From a virus: DNA of 46,141 nt. Positions within the stretch are counted from its first letter, which is position 1. Every line of letters starts with the position of its first letter. A program made the position numbers and the translations under genes. Shown one piece after another: positions 7,688 through 15,497 of this stretch. The notes under the pieces were generated by a model. It did not search any database. It saw only the letters and a program-made list of their open reading frames with translations, and was not told the origin of the DNA. The stretch is taken from positions 1-46,141 of IMG/VR virus record IMGVR_UViG_3300020181_000002, one strand, 5' to 3'.

Positions 7688-9201
7688 CAGAACACTCCTC
7701 GACGCGTGCCACTCGCGCGCGGCAGCTCGTCGTCCTCGTCGTCATCGTCGTCTTCGTCGCGCCCCCTGTACAGCTCGGGGTGACGGGGGTCTGGCGCGGC
7801 GTGGTAGTCCACGGCAAAGGCGCCGCTCGTCAGCACCTGAAAGGCGCCGCTCAGCGCGTCCATGATGTCATCGTGGCGCCGGCCGGGGAAGCCCTCGAGC
7901 TCCGCGAACAGCTCGGGCAGGTACTCGCGCTGCAGGAGCGCCACGCGCCCCGCCTTGGCCAGCGGGCTCCAGACCTTCGCATAGGTGGTCTTGTCCTGGC
8001 GCGCGATGATGCTGTCGAAGCTGTAGCCGAGCAGCACGTCGCGCATGCGCTCGCGATCGACGACGCCGGCTTGGCCGGGGTCCTGCCAGGCTCCGACCTC
8101 GCACGCGACTCCATCAGACTCGGCGGTGTGCCGGATGAGCGCCTCGACCTCGGCAGGTCCTGCGCGCAAAGAGACCAGGTCCTCGACCACGTAGCGGCCG
8201 TCATCGAGCTGCGCCACGCGCACGCCGCGCGTCCAGTCAGGGTCAGGGTTCGCGTTGCTCGGGCTCGTGGCTGCCTTGTCCCAGAAGCGGATGCGCCGAA
8301 CGACGTTGCGCTCCTCGATGCGCTCGAGCACGCGGCACCACGTGCGGTCGAAGAAGTCGCCTGCGCTATCGCGTGCGTTCCAGTCGCCGTCCCTCAAGCG
8401 ACGCGCCTGCGCGCCGGGGATGAGGTTGAGGCGTGCGACGTAGCCGGGGTCTGCCTCGAGCAACGCCCTGTTGTCGCTCACGCGCGCGCGGATGAAGGTG
8501 GCGCTCATAGGCTCGGGGCGCACATCGTCAGGCCCGTTCGGCAGCTCGCCGCGCGCGCGGATGCGGCGCGGGTCGATGGCCACGACTTCCTCGGGCGTGG
8601 CTGCCCAGTGGATGCGCTCGTCGAGGCGCACGAACCAGCGGATGACCCCTGAGCGCTGGTCGAGCGCGCGGCCATCGGGACCTATCCACCAGTCGATAAA
8701 CTGCCGAATCCAGCTGTCGGGGTCGGGGTTCGTCGATGCGCGGATGCGGCGCGGGATGCGCTGCGAGCCACGCACGCGCGAGATGAGGTACCAGAACTGC
8801 GCAGCCGTGAAGTGCGAGCACTCGTCGAAGCCGAGGTAGGAATACTGCTTCGATTGATACGAGAACACCGAGTGCTCGTACTGCGCGTGCCTGAACTCGA
8901 TGACGGCGCCGCTCGGAAAGCGCCAGTCGAGCGTCGGGTGCTCGCGCGGCACGCCGCCAAGGTGCGGGTAGATGCGCCGTGCCTCCTCCCAGATGGAGCC
9001 GCCGCCCGTCAGCTCGGGGCTCGTGCGCCGGAAAATTGCCGCTGCGTAGCCGGGCACGGTCGCGTAGCGCCCGGCCTCGTACGCGAGGGACCACGTCTTG
9101 CCGCCGCCCGCACTCCCGCCGTAGATGGCGATGTCTGCAGGCGTCGAGGAGAACGCGGTCTGCGGGCCGGGCTGTGGCGCCACGCGGCGGATGCGGGTCA
9201 A
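7687..9201 (-). CDS. terL: Terminase large subunit
   Basis: Walker A IYGGSAGGGKT, Walker B-like YLGFDECSHF, and a C-terminal nuclease-like region (FWDKAAT...DDIMDAL). TTG at 9201 with AGGAGG 5 nt upstream. The longer 582-aa ORF prefix is Arg-rich. Confidence 0.88.
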   Translation of the reverse strand: MTRIRRVAPQPGPQTAFSSTPADIAIYGGSAGGGKTWSLAYEAGRYATVPGYAAAIFRRTSPELTGGGSIWEEARRIYPHLGGVPREHPTLDWRFPSGAVIEFRHAQYEHSVFSYQSKQYSYLGFDECSHFTAAQFWYLISRVRGSQRIPRRIRASTNPDPDSWIRQFIDWWIGPDGRALDQRSGVIRWFVRLDERIHWAATPEEVVAIDPRRIRARGELPNGPDDVRPEPMSATFIRARVSDNRALLEADPGYVARLNLIPGAQARRLRDGDWNARDSAGDFFDRTWCRVLERIEERNVVRRIRFWDKAATSPSNANPDPDWTRGVRVAQLDDGRYVVEDLVSLRAGPAEVEALIRHTAESDGVACEVGAWQDPGQAGVVDRERMRDVLLGYSFDSIIARQDKTTYAKVWSPLAKAGRVALLQREYLPELFAELEGFPGRRHDDIMDALSGAFQVLTSGAFAVDYHAAPDPRHPELYRGRDEDDDDDEDDELPRASGTRRGVF

Positions 9202-9368
9202 CGTCGCCTCCTGTCGTGCTCGCGCACGATGTCGCGCGCGCGCTGGCGCACGACGCGCTCGACTTCCTCGACGGGGATTTCGAGCTCGCGCGCAAGCAGG
9301 TCGATGGACACGCCTGCCATGAAGCGCGTGATGATGAACTCGTCGCGCGACTGCGGGCGCAGGGTCAT
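9198..9368 (-). CDS. Small HTH protein (56 aa) directly coupled to terL
   Basis: My own translation: MTLRPQSRDEFIITRFMAGVSIDLLARELEIPVEEVERVVRQRARDIVREHDRRRR. ATGA overlap upstream, and its TGA overlaps the terL TTG. Below the 60-aa cut-off of the ORF track. Confidence 0.55.
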   Translation of the reverse strand: MTLRPQSRDEFIITRFMAGVSIDLLARELEIPVEEVERVVRQRARDIVREHDRRRR

Positions 9369-9478
9369 AGCAGCGCCTGCCTACCGCAGCGCTCGCAGCG
9401 CACGAGCAGCTGTCCGCCGAGAAGCTGGTGCCCACGGTCGAGGTGCAGCCCGAGGAAGCAGAGGATGCGCCCGATCAT
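9365..9478 (-). CDS. Tiny Cys protein (37 aa), zinc-ribbon-like
   Basis: MIGRILCFLGLHLDRGHQLLGGQLLVRCERCGRQALL. The C..G.H...C.RCG pattern is seen in small prophage proteins. ATGA overlaps on both sides. Confidence 0.4.
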   Translation of the reverse strand: MIGRILCFLGLHLDRGHQLLGGQLLVRCERCGRQALL

Positions 9479-9630
9479 GGCTTCAGCTCCCGGCATTCGG
9501 CGACCGGGTGGTGCTCGATGCACGTCCGGTACACCGAGCGCACCGAGCTCGCGCTGCCGAACGCCAGCCCCACGAAGAAGCCGGCGATGAAACCGAACGT
9601 GAGCGCGAGGCCGCCTTCGACGGGGCTCAC
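9475..9630 (-). CDS. Small membrane protein (51 aa)
   Basis: GTG 9630 overlaps the upstream stop (GTGA), GGGAGG 6 nt upstream. TM segment LALTFGFIAGFFVGLAFG. Confidence 0.45.
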   Translation of the reverse strand: MSPVEGGLALTFGFIAGFFVGLAFGSASSVRSVYRTCIEHHPVAECRELKP

Positions 9631-10073
9631 CGCTCGCCTCCCTTCGCACGCGCTTCGAGCAGCTCCGCTGCCTCTAGATAGGCCCACGCAGCGCAACCCT
9701 TGCCGTCCTCGTCCTTCGTCGCCGAGCGACGCCGGAACTCCGCCGCGAGCTGCTCGACCCAGGCAGGCGGCGGCAAGACGTGCGGCGGGTCGATGCCGTA
9801 CTGTGCACGCAATACACGCAAGCACTCATCCAACTCACCCATGCGGCCATGCCACGTCTCGCCTGATGCCAGCACGAGCAGCGCCGCTTCGAGCGCGTCG
9901 GCTGCGCGAGGGTGCGGGTTGATGCGCAGGTGCTCAGCGACCACCGTCCGACCGTTCGCCTGTTGCACTGGCCCCAGCACGCACAGAGCGTCCCCGTCCC
10001 ACTCGATACGCGCATGCGGCCACACGCGCCTCGCAAGCTCAGTCAGCCTCGCCAGCCGCTCGTCGTCGCTCAT
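9627..10073 (-). CDS. Hypothetical protein (148 aa)
   Basis: MSDDERLARLTELARRVWPHARIEWDGD... ATGA overlap with the upstream gene. Confidence 0.55.
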   Translation of the reverse strand: MSDDERLARLTELARRVWPHARIEWDGDALCVLGPVQQANGRTVVAEHLRINPHPRAADALEAALLVLASGETWHGRMGELDECLRVLRAQYGIDPPHVLPPPAWVEQLAAEFRRRSATKDEDGKGCAAWAYLEAAELLEARAKGGER

Positions 10074-10369
10074 GGTCGCTCCCATCGCAAGAGGTCCTTC
10101 TCGAGCATCTCTGCCATGGTGCGCATCGCGACGGCCAGCATGCGCATGGACGAGGCGGGCTCGCCCTCGGGCATCTTCTCTGCGCGCTCGGCGAGCAGGT
10201 CGGCCGTGGCGCGCGCCGCCTGCGCGTGCGTGCGGATGCGGTCGTAGCTCGCGGCAATCTGCGCCTCGAGCGCGTGCAGGCGCGCCGACTGCGCGTAGGA
10301 CGCGCGCAGGAGCTGCTCGACGCGCGCCGGGTCTGCTGCCAGCTCGCGCGCCATGTCTTGCATCGTCAT
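10070..10369 (-). CDS. Hypothetical helical protein (99 aa)
   Basis: MTMQDMARELAADPARVEQLLRASY... ATGA overlap with the upstream gene. Confidence 0.5.
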   Translation of the reverse strand: MTMQDMARELAADPARVEQLLRASYAQSARLHALEAQIAASYDRIRTHAQAARATADLLAERAEKMPEGEPASSMRMLAVAMRTMAEMLEKDLLRWERP

Positions 10370-10785
10370 AGCCCCTCGCAGGCGTCGTACTGGTCTTCGA
10401 GCGGTGGCGCCTTCAGCAGCTCGGCGATGTGCTGGTCGATAGCCGTCATGCGCGACTGGTACTGCGCGCGCGCGAGGCGCTGGATGCGGCGCTGGTCCTC
10501 GACCTTGCGCTGGCGGGAGGCCATGCCCTCGAGCGCCTCCAGCTCGCCGGTCGCCCAGCGGGAGAGCATGTCGCGCACGCCGGCAGAGGCGGCGAAGCGC
10601 GCGCGGCAGGTGCGGGAGGAACAGCCGGTCGAGCGACCAGCGGTCACGTCCTCGAGCCAGACGATGCGCTCGATGCCGCAGACGCACCGGCAGCGCACGC
10701 GCTCTCGCAGGTCGGGCTGCGAGGGCCGGCGCCTGGCACGCGCCACGCGCGCGAGGATCGTCCAGCGCTGTCCGGTGCTCTGCAT
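10366..10785 (-). CDS. Hypothetical Cys-cluster protein (139 aa)
   Basis: GQRWTILARV...CRCVCGIERIVWLEDVTAGRSTGCSSRTC resembles a recurrent phage Zn-finger-like N-terminal module. The C-terminal half is coiled-coil. Confidence 0.5.
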   Translation of the reverse strand: MQSTGQRWTILARVARARRRPSQPDLRERVRCRCVCGIERIVWLEDVTAGRSTGCSSRTCRARFAASAGVRDMLSRWATGELEALEGMASRQRKVEDQRRIQRLARAQYQSRMTAIDQHIAELLKAPPLEDQYDACEGL

Positions 10786-10789
10786 CGGC

Positions 10790-11305
10790 CTACGCCTGCC
10801 CGTTCAGCGCGCGCGCGGCGTGCTCGACCGTGTCGTGCGTGGACTCGACGATGGCCGAGCCGTCGCCGTTCACGCGCACGACGGCTGCGGCAGCAGGCGC
10901 GCCGTTCGTGCCGTCGACGACGGCCACGCCGCGCAGGTCTGGGTCGGTGGCGCGAGCGACAGCGACGGTGCCGTCCAGGCCGTAGGCGATGCCGTGCTCC
11001 TCGGCGATGTCGCGCTGCTCCTCGGCCGAGTGCGGACGGCCGACAGGCTGCTTGTGCTGCAGGTCGGTGGTCTCGACGTCGCTGCGCTCGGTGTCGCGCG
11101 CGTCGCCGATGGCGAGCTGGACGCGCGCGAGCTCCGCCTCGGCGTCGCGCCGCTGCGCGGTCACGGCATGGAGCTGGGCAGCGAGCCGAGACTGGCGCTC
11201 GATGAGCTTGGCGAGGGCATTGCGCTTGGCGTCGCGTAGCTCGAGCAGCTTGTCGGAGAGGCTGAGAGGGCGGCGCGTCTTTCGGGGCGTCTGGTCTTCA
11301 CTCAT
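10790..11305 (-). CDS. Hypothetical coiled-coil protein (171 aa)
   Basis: ORF with typical codon bias. N-terminal heptad-like region LLELRDAKRNALAKLIERQSRLAAQL. Confidence 0.5.
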   Translation of the reverse strand: MSEDQTPRKTRRPLSLSDKLLELRDAKRNALAKLIERQSRLAAQLHAVTAQRRDAEAELARVQLAIGDARDTERSDVETTDLQHKQPVGRPHSAEEQRDIAEEHGIAYGLDGTVAVARATDPDLRGVAVVDGTNGAPAAAAVVRVNGDGSAIVESTHDTVEHAARALNGQA

Positions 11306-11813
11306 CGGGATCCTCGTAGGCGACGGTCACGCGGTCTTGGGGCACGCTCTCGCCGTCGGTGTCGATGGCGTGTCCCTCTGCAAGCTGCAGGTCGCTGATG
11401 GCCGCGCCCTCGGGCACCGGCACGGGGTAGAGGAGGATGACCTTCTCGTCGTCGAGCGCGTCGATGCCCTGGCGCACCGCGCGCCCCTGCTCGGCGAGGC
11501 GCTCTCGGCGCAGCTGGTCGTGCGCGGCGGCGCGCCAGTCGCCGCGCTTGGCGGCGCCCGTGATGACCATCTGCATCGCGACGCGGTGCATCGCGCGCGC
11601 GCGCTCGACCGTGTCGACGAACGAGGCGTAGGGCTCGACCCCGCGCCGTCCCTTGGCCATCCACTTCTTGCAGGTGTCGGGCTTCACGCCGGCCGCCTGG
11701 CACGCCATGGCGAGCGACGCGCCCGCGTTGACGAAGCCGCGGATGGTCTCTTGCAGCTGCGGCGTCAGCTCTGGTTTCGGCCCCGGTCGACTCACGAGCG
11801 CCTCACTCGACAT
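11298..11813 (-). CDS. terS: Terminase small subunit-like HTH protein
   Basis: GPKPELTPQLQETIRGFVNAGASLAMACQAAGVKPDTCKKWM...F...VERARA...GDWRAAAHDQLRRERL follows the usual small-terminase N-terminal HTH pattern. Confidence 0.6.
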   Translation of the reverse strand: MSSEALVSRPGPKPELTPQLQETIRGFVNAGASLAMACQAAGVKPDTCKKWMAKGRRGVEPYASFVDTVERARAMHRVAMQMVITGAAKRGDWRAAAHDQLRRERLAEQGRAVRQGIDALDDEKVILLYPVPVPEGAAISDLQLAEGHAIDTDGESVPQDRVTVAYEDPDE

Positions 11814-12054
11814 TGGTCCTCCGCTCAGTCTGCGGACGCGCGCGCGGACGGTGGACGATTCCGCGTCGGCCGCTTGGGTTGGGGCACCTGCGCATCTCGA
11901 TCTGGTACGCGTCGAGCGCCTTCACGATGGGCGAGGTGCTGCAGCCGAACTCGGCCGCGAGCGCGCGAATGGACCAGCCGGCCTCGTACATCGCCGCAAC
12001 GCGCGCCTCCTGCGCCTCGGTGAGCACGCGCTGCCATGGGCGCGGCGTCTTCAT
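11803..12054 (-). CDS. HTH DNA-binding protein (83 aa)
   Basis: LTEAQEARVAAMYEAGWSIRALAAEFGCSTSPIVKAL is a resolvase/sigma-r4-type HTH. ATGA overlap with the RuvC-like gene. Confidence 0.6.
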   Translation of the reverse strand: MKTPRPWQRVLTEAQEARVAAMYEAGWSIRALAAEFGCSTSPIVKALDAYQIEMRRCPNPSGRRGIVHRPRARPQTERRTNVE

Positions 12055-12734
12055 CGCTGCCTCTGCTCGGCGTTGTCGCGCAGGCGCGCGCTCGCCCAGC
12101 GGTGAAGCCCCGTGAGCGCGGCCCACTCGCTCATCACCATCGCCTCGGCCTCGTTGTCGTCGTCGAGCGAGACGCCGGCGACGAGCGCCGCCCAGCGCAG
12201 CGCCGCGCTCTTCCAGTCGTCGCCCTCCGAGAACTTCAGCCCCTTGAGCACGACGCGCCACTCGTGCGGCGCTGCAAAGAGGCGCTGCGTCTTGGGATGG
12301 TTGCGCAGGTCGAGCAGCGTCGACCACGCGCCACGCGCGGCGCCGAGCGCGAGCGGCTCGGTGTCGTCCTTGTGCCGAGTCGGCCGCCCGTCGCTGGAGT
12401 AGCGCGCGCGGTCGGCACGGCCGCAGTTGCGATGGTCCTCGAAGACGACGAGCACGTTCTGCCAGCTGAAGCGCTCGAGCTGGCGCAGCTGCTCGAGCGC
12501 GCTGACCTTCTGGTCGGTGGTGATGGCGCTGCCGTGCAGCACGATGCGGCGGGTCGTGCGCACCGCCCATCCGGAGCGCGTCGCCTGGTCGATGGCCAAG
12601 AAGTAAACGGGGTCTCCCGAGCGATGGCTGAGCGCCCGAATGGCGTCGTCCCAGCTCACGCCAGTACCCAGACCCGGCCAGCCCGCGGGACCGCCAGAAT
12701 GCGTCAGCTGGAGGGCTTGCCGGCGCTGTTTCAT
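12051..12734 (-). CDS. RuvC-like Holliday junction resolvase
   Basis: Acidic catalytic-type motifs LAIDQATRSGWAV, VVFEDH and DDNEAEAMV in RuvC order. GGGAGG before ATG 12734. Confidence 0.65.
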   Translation of the reverse strand: MKQRRQALQLTHSGGPAGWPGLGTGVSWDDAIRALSHRSGDPVYFLAIDQATRSGWAVRTTRRIVLHGSAITTDQKVSALEQLRQLERFSWQNVLVVFEDHRNCGRADRARYSSDGRPTRHKDDTEPLALGAARGAWSTLLDLRNHPKTQRLFAAPHEWRVVLKGLKFSEGDDWKSAALRWAALVAGVSLDDDNEAEAMVMSEWAALTGLHRWASARLRDNAEQRQR

Positions 12735-12776
12735 GGCGCCCTCCCGGCCGGGGCGCTGGATTGGGGTGTGTAACCC

Positions 12777-12885
12777 GCGTTTCGGCGTTTCGGGACCCCT
12801 ACGGGGTTCCCGATAACGCCAGACGAAACGGTGTTACGGGCGTTTCGGGAAGCACCCCGAAACACCCCGAAACACCCCGAAACGG
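12777..12885. promoter_or_regulatory. Iteron array: about 7 copies of GTTTCGG/CCGAAAC, including three exact tandem 10-bp units CACCCCGAAA (12853-12882)
   Basis: Read directly in the 163-bp gap between the helicase stop (12898) and the resolvase start (12734). Plus-strand GTTTCGG at about 12779, 12788 and 12842. The opposite orientation occurs at about 12823 (imperfect) and in the 3 tandem units. Confidence 0.7.
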
Positions 12886-12897
12886 TATCGCGTAGTG

Positions 12898-14421
12898 TCA
12901 CGTCCTCACCTCGAGGCGCAGGCAGCCGTCGACGAGCACGACCTCGCGGTCGTGGAGCATGCGGTTCAGGGCGGCGAGGTTGTGCGCGGCGGTGCCGTCG
13001 ACGAGCGCGAGCACGTCGCGCCGGCTCGTGCAGGTGCGGTGCTGGCGCAGCGTGGCGCGCACGCGCTCTTTGGCGGCGTGCATGCGCTCGGCCTGGCGCT
13101 TGTCTGCCTTTTCCTCGGGCGTCTGCACGACGCACGCTTCGAGCTCGCGAAAGCGCGCGGTCTCGAAGTCGAGGCGCACGCGCAGCTCGGGCTTGCCGGA
13201 GCGGACGCGGTTCTTGGCCACGTCGAGGTGCACGACGCCGGGCTCGCCTTGCACGGCGCGCACGCCGACGAGGAGGCTTGAGCTGTACTCGATGGCGCGC
13301 GACTCGGCGGCGGCGCTGAGCGTGGTCTCTTGCGCGCGCTCGGTCGTGCGGTAGCCGGCGCGGCTCATCTCGCTGATGGCGATGACGAGCGTGCCGGTGT
13401 CGGCGATGCGCTCGAGCTGCTGCATGACGGCGCCGATGCGCGCGCGCTCGGTGTCGGTGTGCTCGGCCGCGCGGCACGGGACCTTCTGCACGCTGTCGAC
13501 GATGAGCACGCGTGGCGCGTCGCCAGCGCGCGCGTCGAGGTGCTCGGCGGCGGCTTCGAGCGTGCGTGCGCCGTCGCGGAAGGGGTCGACGATGCAGAGC
13601 CTTGGTCGGGCGCGCAGGCGCACGGCGAGCGCACGGCGCAGGGTCGAGTGCGGCGACTCGAGGCCGTCGCGTGCGAAGCCTTCGAGCTGGCCGAGGCGGA
13701 CCACGATGCCGTCGCGGCGCTCGTCTGCCGCGACGAAGGCGACGGCGCAGCCGGCGCGCTCGAGCGTGTCGCCGAGCCAGGTGGCGAGCGTGGTCTTGGC
13801 GGCGCCGGGCGCGCCGACGAGCGTGACGACGACGCCGAGCGGGAGCCCTCCGCCGAGCGCTTCGTCGAGCGTGTCGAAGCCGGTGGGAAAGCGCCGGCCG
13901 TCAAAGCGCATCGTCTCGACGTAGTCGGCGAGGTCGGGAACGGCGGGACCTTTGGGCGCGCGGTGCTGGGCGAGCTGCTGCTCGGCGCGCTCGAGCAGAA
14001 GGAGCGCGGCGGCGAGGTCGGGCGCGCCGGTCTGGGCCTTGTGGGCGACGAGCGAGCTTGCGCTGGCAAGGTCGCGCAGGCAGCGCAGCTCGCCGAGGCG
14101 TTCGACGGGCACGTCGCGCGGCGGGACGGTGTCGGTGAGGCTGAGGAGGTACTCGTCGCCGCCGACGCGCGCGAGCATGCCTTGCTCGCTGAGGCGCGTG
14201 CGGAGCTGCACGGTGTCCATGGCACGGCCCAGCTCGACGAGATCGCAGAGCGCGCGCCAGACGAGGCCGTTGGCGCCGCTGTAGAAGTCGGCCTCGCAGA
14301 GCTTGCGGGGGTCGGCTCCATGCAGGATGCAGGCGGCGAGTGCGTCGCGCTCGAGCGCGAGGTCGGCGAGGGCTTGGGCGGGGCGCGCTGCGCCGCGAGC
14401 TGCGGTCACGGCCTGCACCAC
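12898..14421 (-). CDS. DnaB-like replicative helicase (N-terminal DnaB domain, RecA-fold ATPase, C-terminal wHTH-like tail)
   Basis: LERDALAACILHG...FYSGANGLVWRAL (DnaB N-domain pattern), Walker A GAPGAAKTT, Walker B RVLIVDSVQ. GTG 14421/14418 after GAAGGA. The 5' part of the 565-aa ORF is Arg-rich and overlaps the cro-like gene. Confidence 0.75.
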   Translation of the reverse strand: MVQAVTAARGAARPAQALADLALERDALAACILHGADPRKLCEADFYSGANGLVWRALCDLVELGRAMDTVQLRTRLSEQGMLARVGGDEYLLSLTDTVPPRDVPVERLGELRCLRDLASASSLVAHKAQTGAPDLAAALLLLERAEQQLAQHRAPKGPAVPDLADYVETMRFDGRRFPTGFDTLDEALGGGLPLGVVVTLVGAPGAAKTTLATWLGDTLERAGCAVAFVAADERRDGIVVRLGQLEGFARDGLESPHSTLRRALAVRLRARPRLCIVDPFRDGARTLEAAAEHLDARAGDAPRVLIVDSVQKVPCRAAEHTDTERARIGAVMQQLERIADTGTLVIAISEMSRAGYRTTERAQETTLSAAAESRAIEYSSSLLVGVRAVQGEPGVVHLDVAKNRVRSGKPELRVRLDFETARFRELEACVVQTPEEKADKRQAERMHAAKERVRATLRQHRTCTSRRDVLALVDGTAAHNLAALNRMLHDREVVLVDGCLRLEVRT

Positions 14422-14501
14422 GGTCCTTCGGGAAGGAGAGATCGACGGGCTGCGCCGTACGCGTAGCCGTGGGTCATCATCATCGCGTTCGCCCCTATCG
14501 G

Positions 14502-14729
14502 TCAGGCCACAAGGCGCATCGCGCCCCGGCCGCTCACGAGCCAGCCAAGCTCCACGTCGAGCAGCGCGGCAATCGCGCGCAGGTCGTCGAGGCACGGGTC
14601 GCGCCGGGCTTGCTCCCAGCGGTACACGGTGCCGGTCGTCCGCCCGAGCTGCTCAGCGAGCGCGCGAACGGTCATGCCTCGGAGCTGGCGCGCGTGTCTG
14701 ACGCGCCGCCCCGCATCCCCCTTGCCCAT
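14502..14729 (-). CDS. Cro-like XRE-family HTH regulator (75 aa)
   Basis: VRHARQLRGMTVRALAEQLGRTTGTVYRWEQARRDP is an XRE HTH. It is divergent from the CI-like gene and first in the minus-strand chain. Confidence 0.8.
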   Translation of the reverse strand: MGKGDAGRRVRHARQLRGMTVRALAEQLGRTTGTVYRWEQARRDPCLDDLRAIAALLDVELGWLVSGRGAMRLVA

Positions 14730-14741
14730 CGCGCAGCAGTC

Positions 14742-14758
14742 TAGACCGCAGCGGTCTA
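14742..14758. promoter_or_regulatory. Operator candidate O1: perfect 17-bp palindrome TAGACCGCAGCGGTCTA
   Basis: Read directly. It lies in the 95-bp divergent cro-like/cI-like intergenic region and has the same TAGAC-N7-GTCTA architecture as 15614-15632. Confidence 0.7.
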
Positions 14759-14824
14759 ATGCTGCAAAGGGACAGACACCTTGGCATAGCGCGCTGGCGC
14801 GCAGCGAGTAGGATGGAGCGTAGA

Positions 14825-15307
14825 ATGGAACACTTGCAGGCTTCGCAAGCGGACGGTGGATTTCCCGCAAGACTGAAAGCACTGCGGCTTCGTGCCGGGT
14901 ACGAGTCGCAGGCGGCGCTAGCGCGCGCGTGCGGCTACGACCAGATGACGGTGCACCGGCACGAGCAGGCGACGCGCAAGCCGAGCCCGCGGAGCATCCA
15001 GCGGTACGCGGAGGTGCTCGGGGTGAGCCCGGCGTATCTGCAGTGGGGCGTGGGGAGCGAGACGCCGAATGCGCCGCGCGCGGTGCTCGGGTACCTGAGC
15101 CGGCACGCGGTGGCGGAAGAGACGCGGGCGCGCCTCATGCGCATGCCGTGGCCGTTGCTCGTCGACGGCGACGTGACCGAGCGTCACGTGGCGGAGGTGC
15201 GGCGGATGCTGGATCGTAACCTCGGCATTCCGGCATCCTTACCGGATGGTCAGACAGAGCTACCGCTCGGCCGTCGAGACGTACCTCAGCACGCGGCCCG
15301 TTCCTGA
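14825..15307 (+). CDS. CI-like XRE-family repressor (160 aa)
   Basis: FPARLKALRLRAGYESQAALARACGYDQMTVHRHEQ is an XRE HTH, followed by a C-terminal extension. ATG 14825 follows GGAG. ATG 14813 is an alternative start. Confidence 0.75.
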   Translation: MEHLQASQADGGFPARLKALRLRAGYESQAALARACGYDQMTVHRHEQATRKPSPRSIQRYAEVLGVSPAYLQWGVGSETPNAPRAVLGYLSRHAVAEETRARLMRMPWPLLVDGDVTERHVAEVRRMLDRNLGIPASLPDGQTELPLGRRDVPQHAARS

Positions 15308-15497
15308 GCCCATCGCGCGCACGCTGCGCGCCCTCGATGCGGACGAAGTTGGTCTCGCCGACCGGCACGTGACCAGCCAGCACCTTGACGACCTGCGCGC
15401 GACGCTCGAGCGCCTGCGCATGGACGCGCGTCCGCGCAGCCTCGCGCGCTGCGGCGGCTGGCACCCGTGCACCGTGGACCGCCGCGCGAGCGCGTAA
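15246..15497 (+). CDS. Hypothetical protein (83 aa) related to the C-terminal domain of the CI-like protein. It is either a separate gene or a +1-frame continuation.
   Basis: RSAVETYLSTRPVPEPIARTLR...DRHVTSQHLDDLRATLERL aligns with RAVLGYLSRHAVAEETRARLMR...GDVTERHVAEVRRMLDRNL of the overlapping upstream ORF. Confidence 0.4.
   Translation: MVRQSYRSAVETYLSTRPVPEPIARTLRALDADEVGLADRHVTSQHLDDLRATLERLRMDARPRSLARCGGWHPCTVDRRASA

Noticed and set aside
12853-12882. Three tandem 10-bp repeats considered as a CRISPR-like or minisatellite array.
   Set aside because: The units are contiguous with no spacers, far too short for CRISPR repeats, and no cas genes are present. They fit an iteron or operator array better.
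14422-14501. Mini-ORF MMMTHGYAYGAARRSLLPEGPWCRP in the cro-helicase gap.
   Set aside because: It is 25 aa with no RBS, and it overlaps the helicase GTG start region out of frame. It is most likely non-coding leader sequence.
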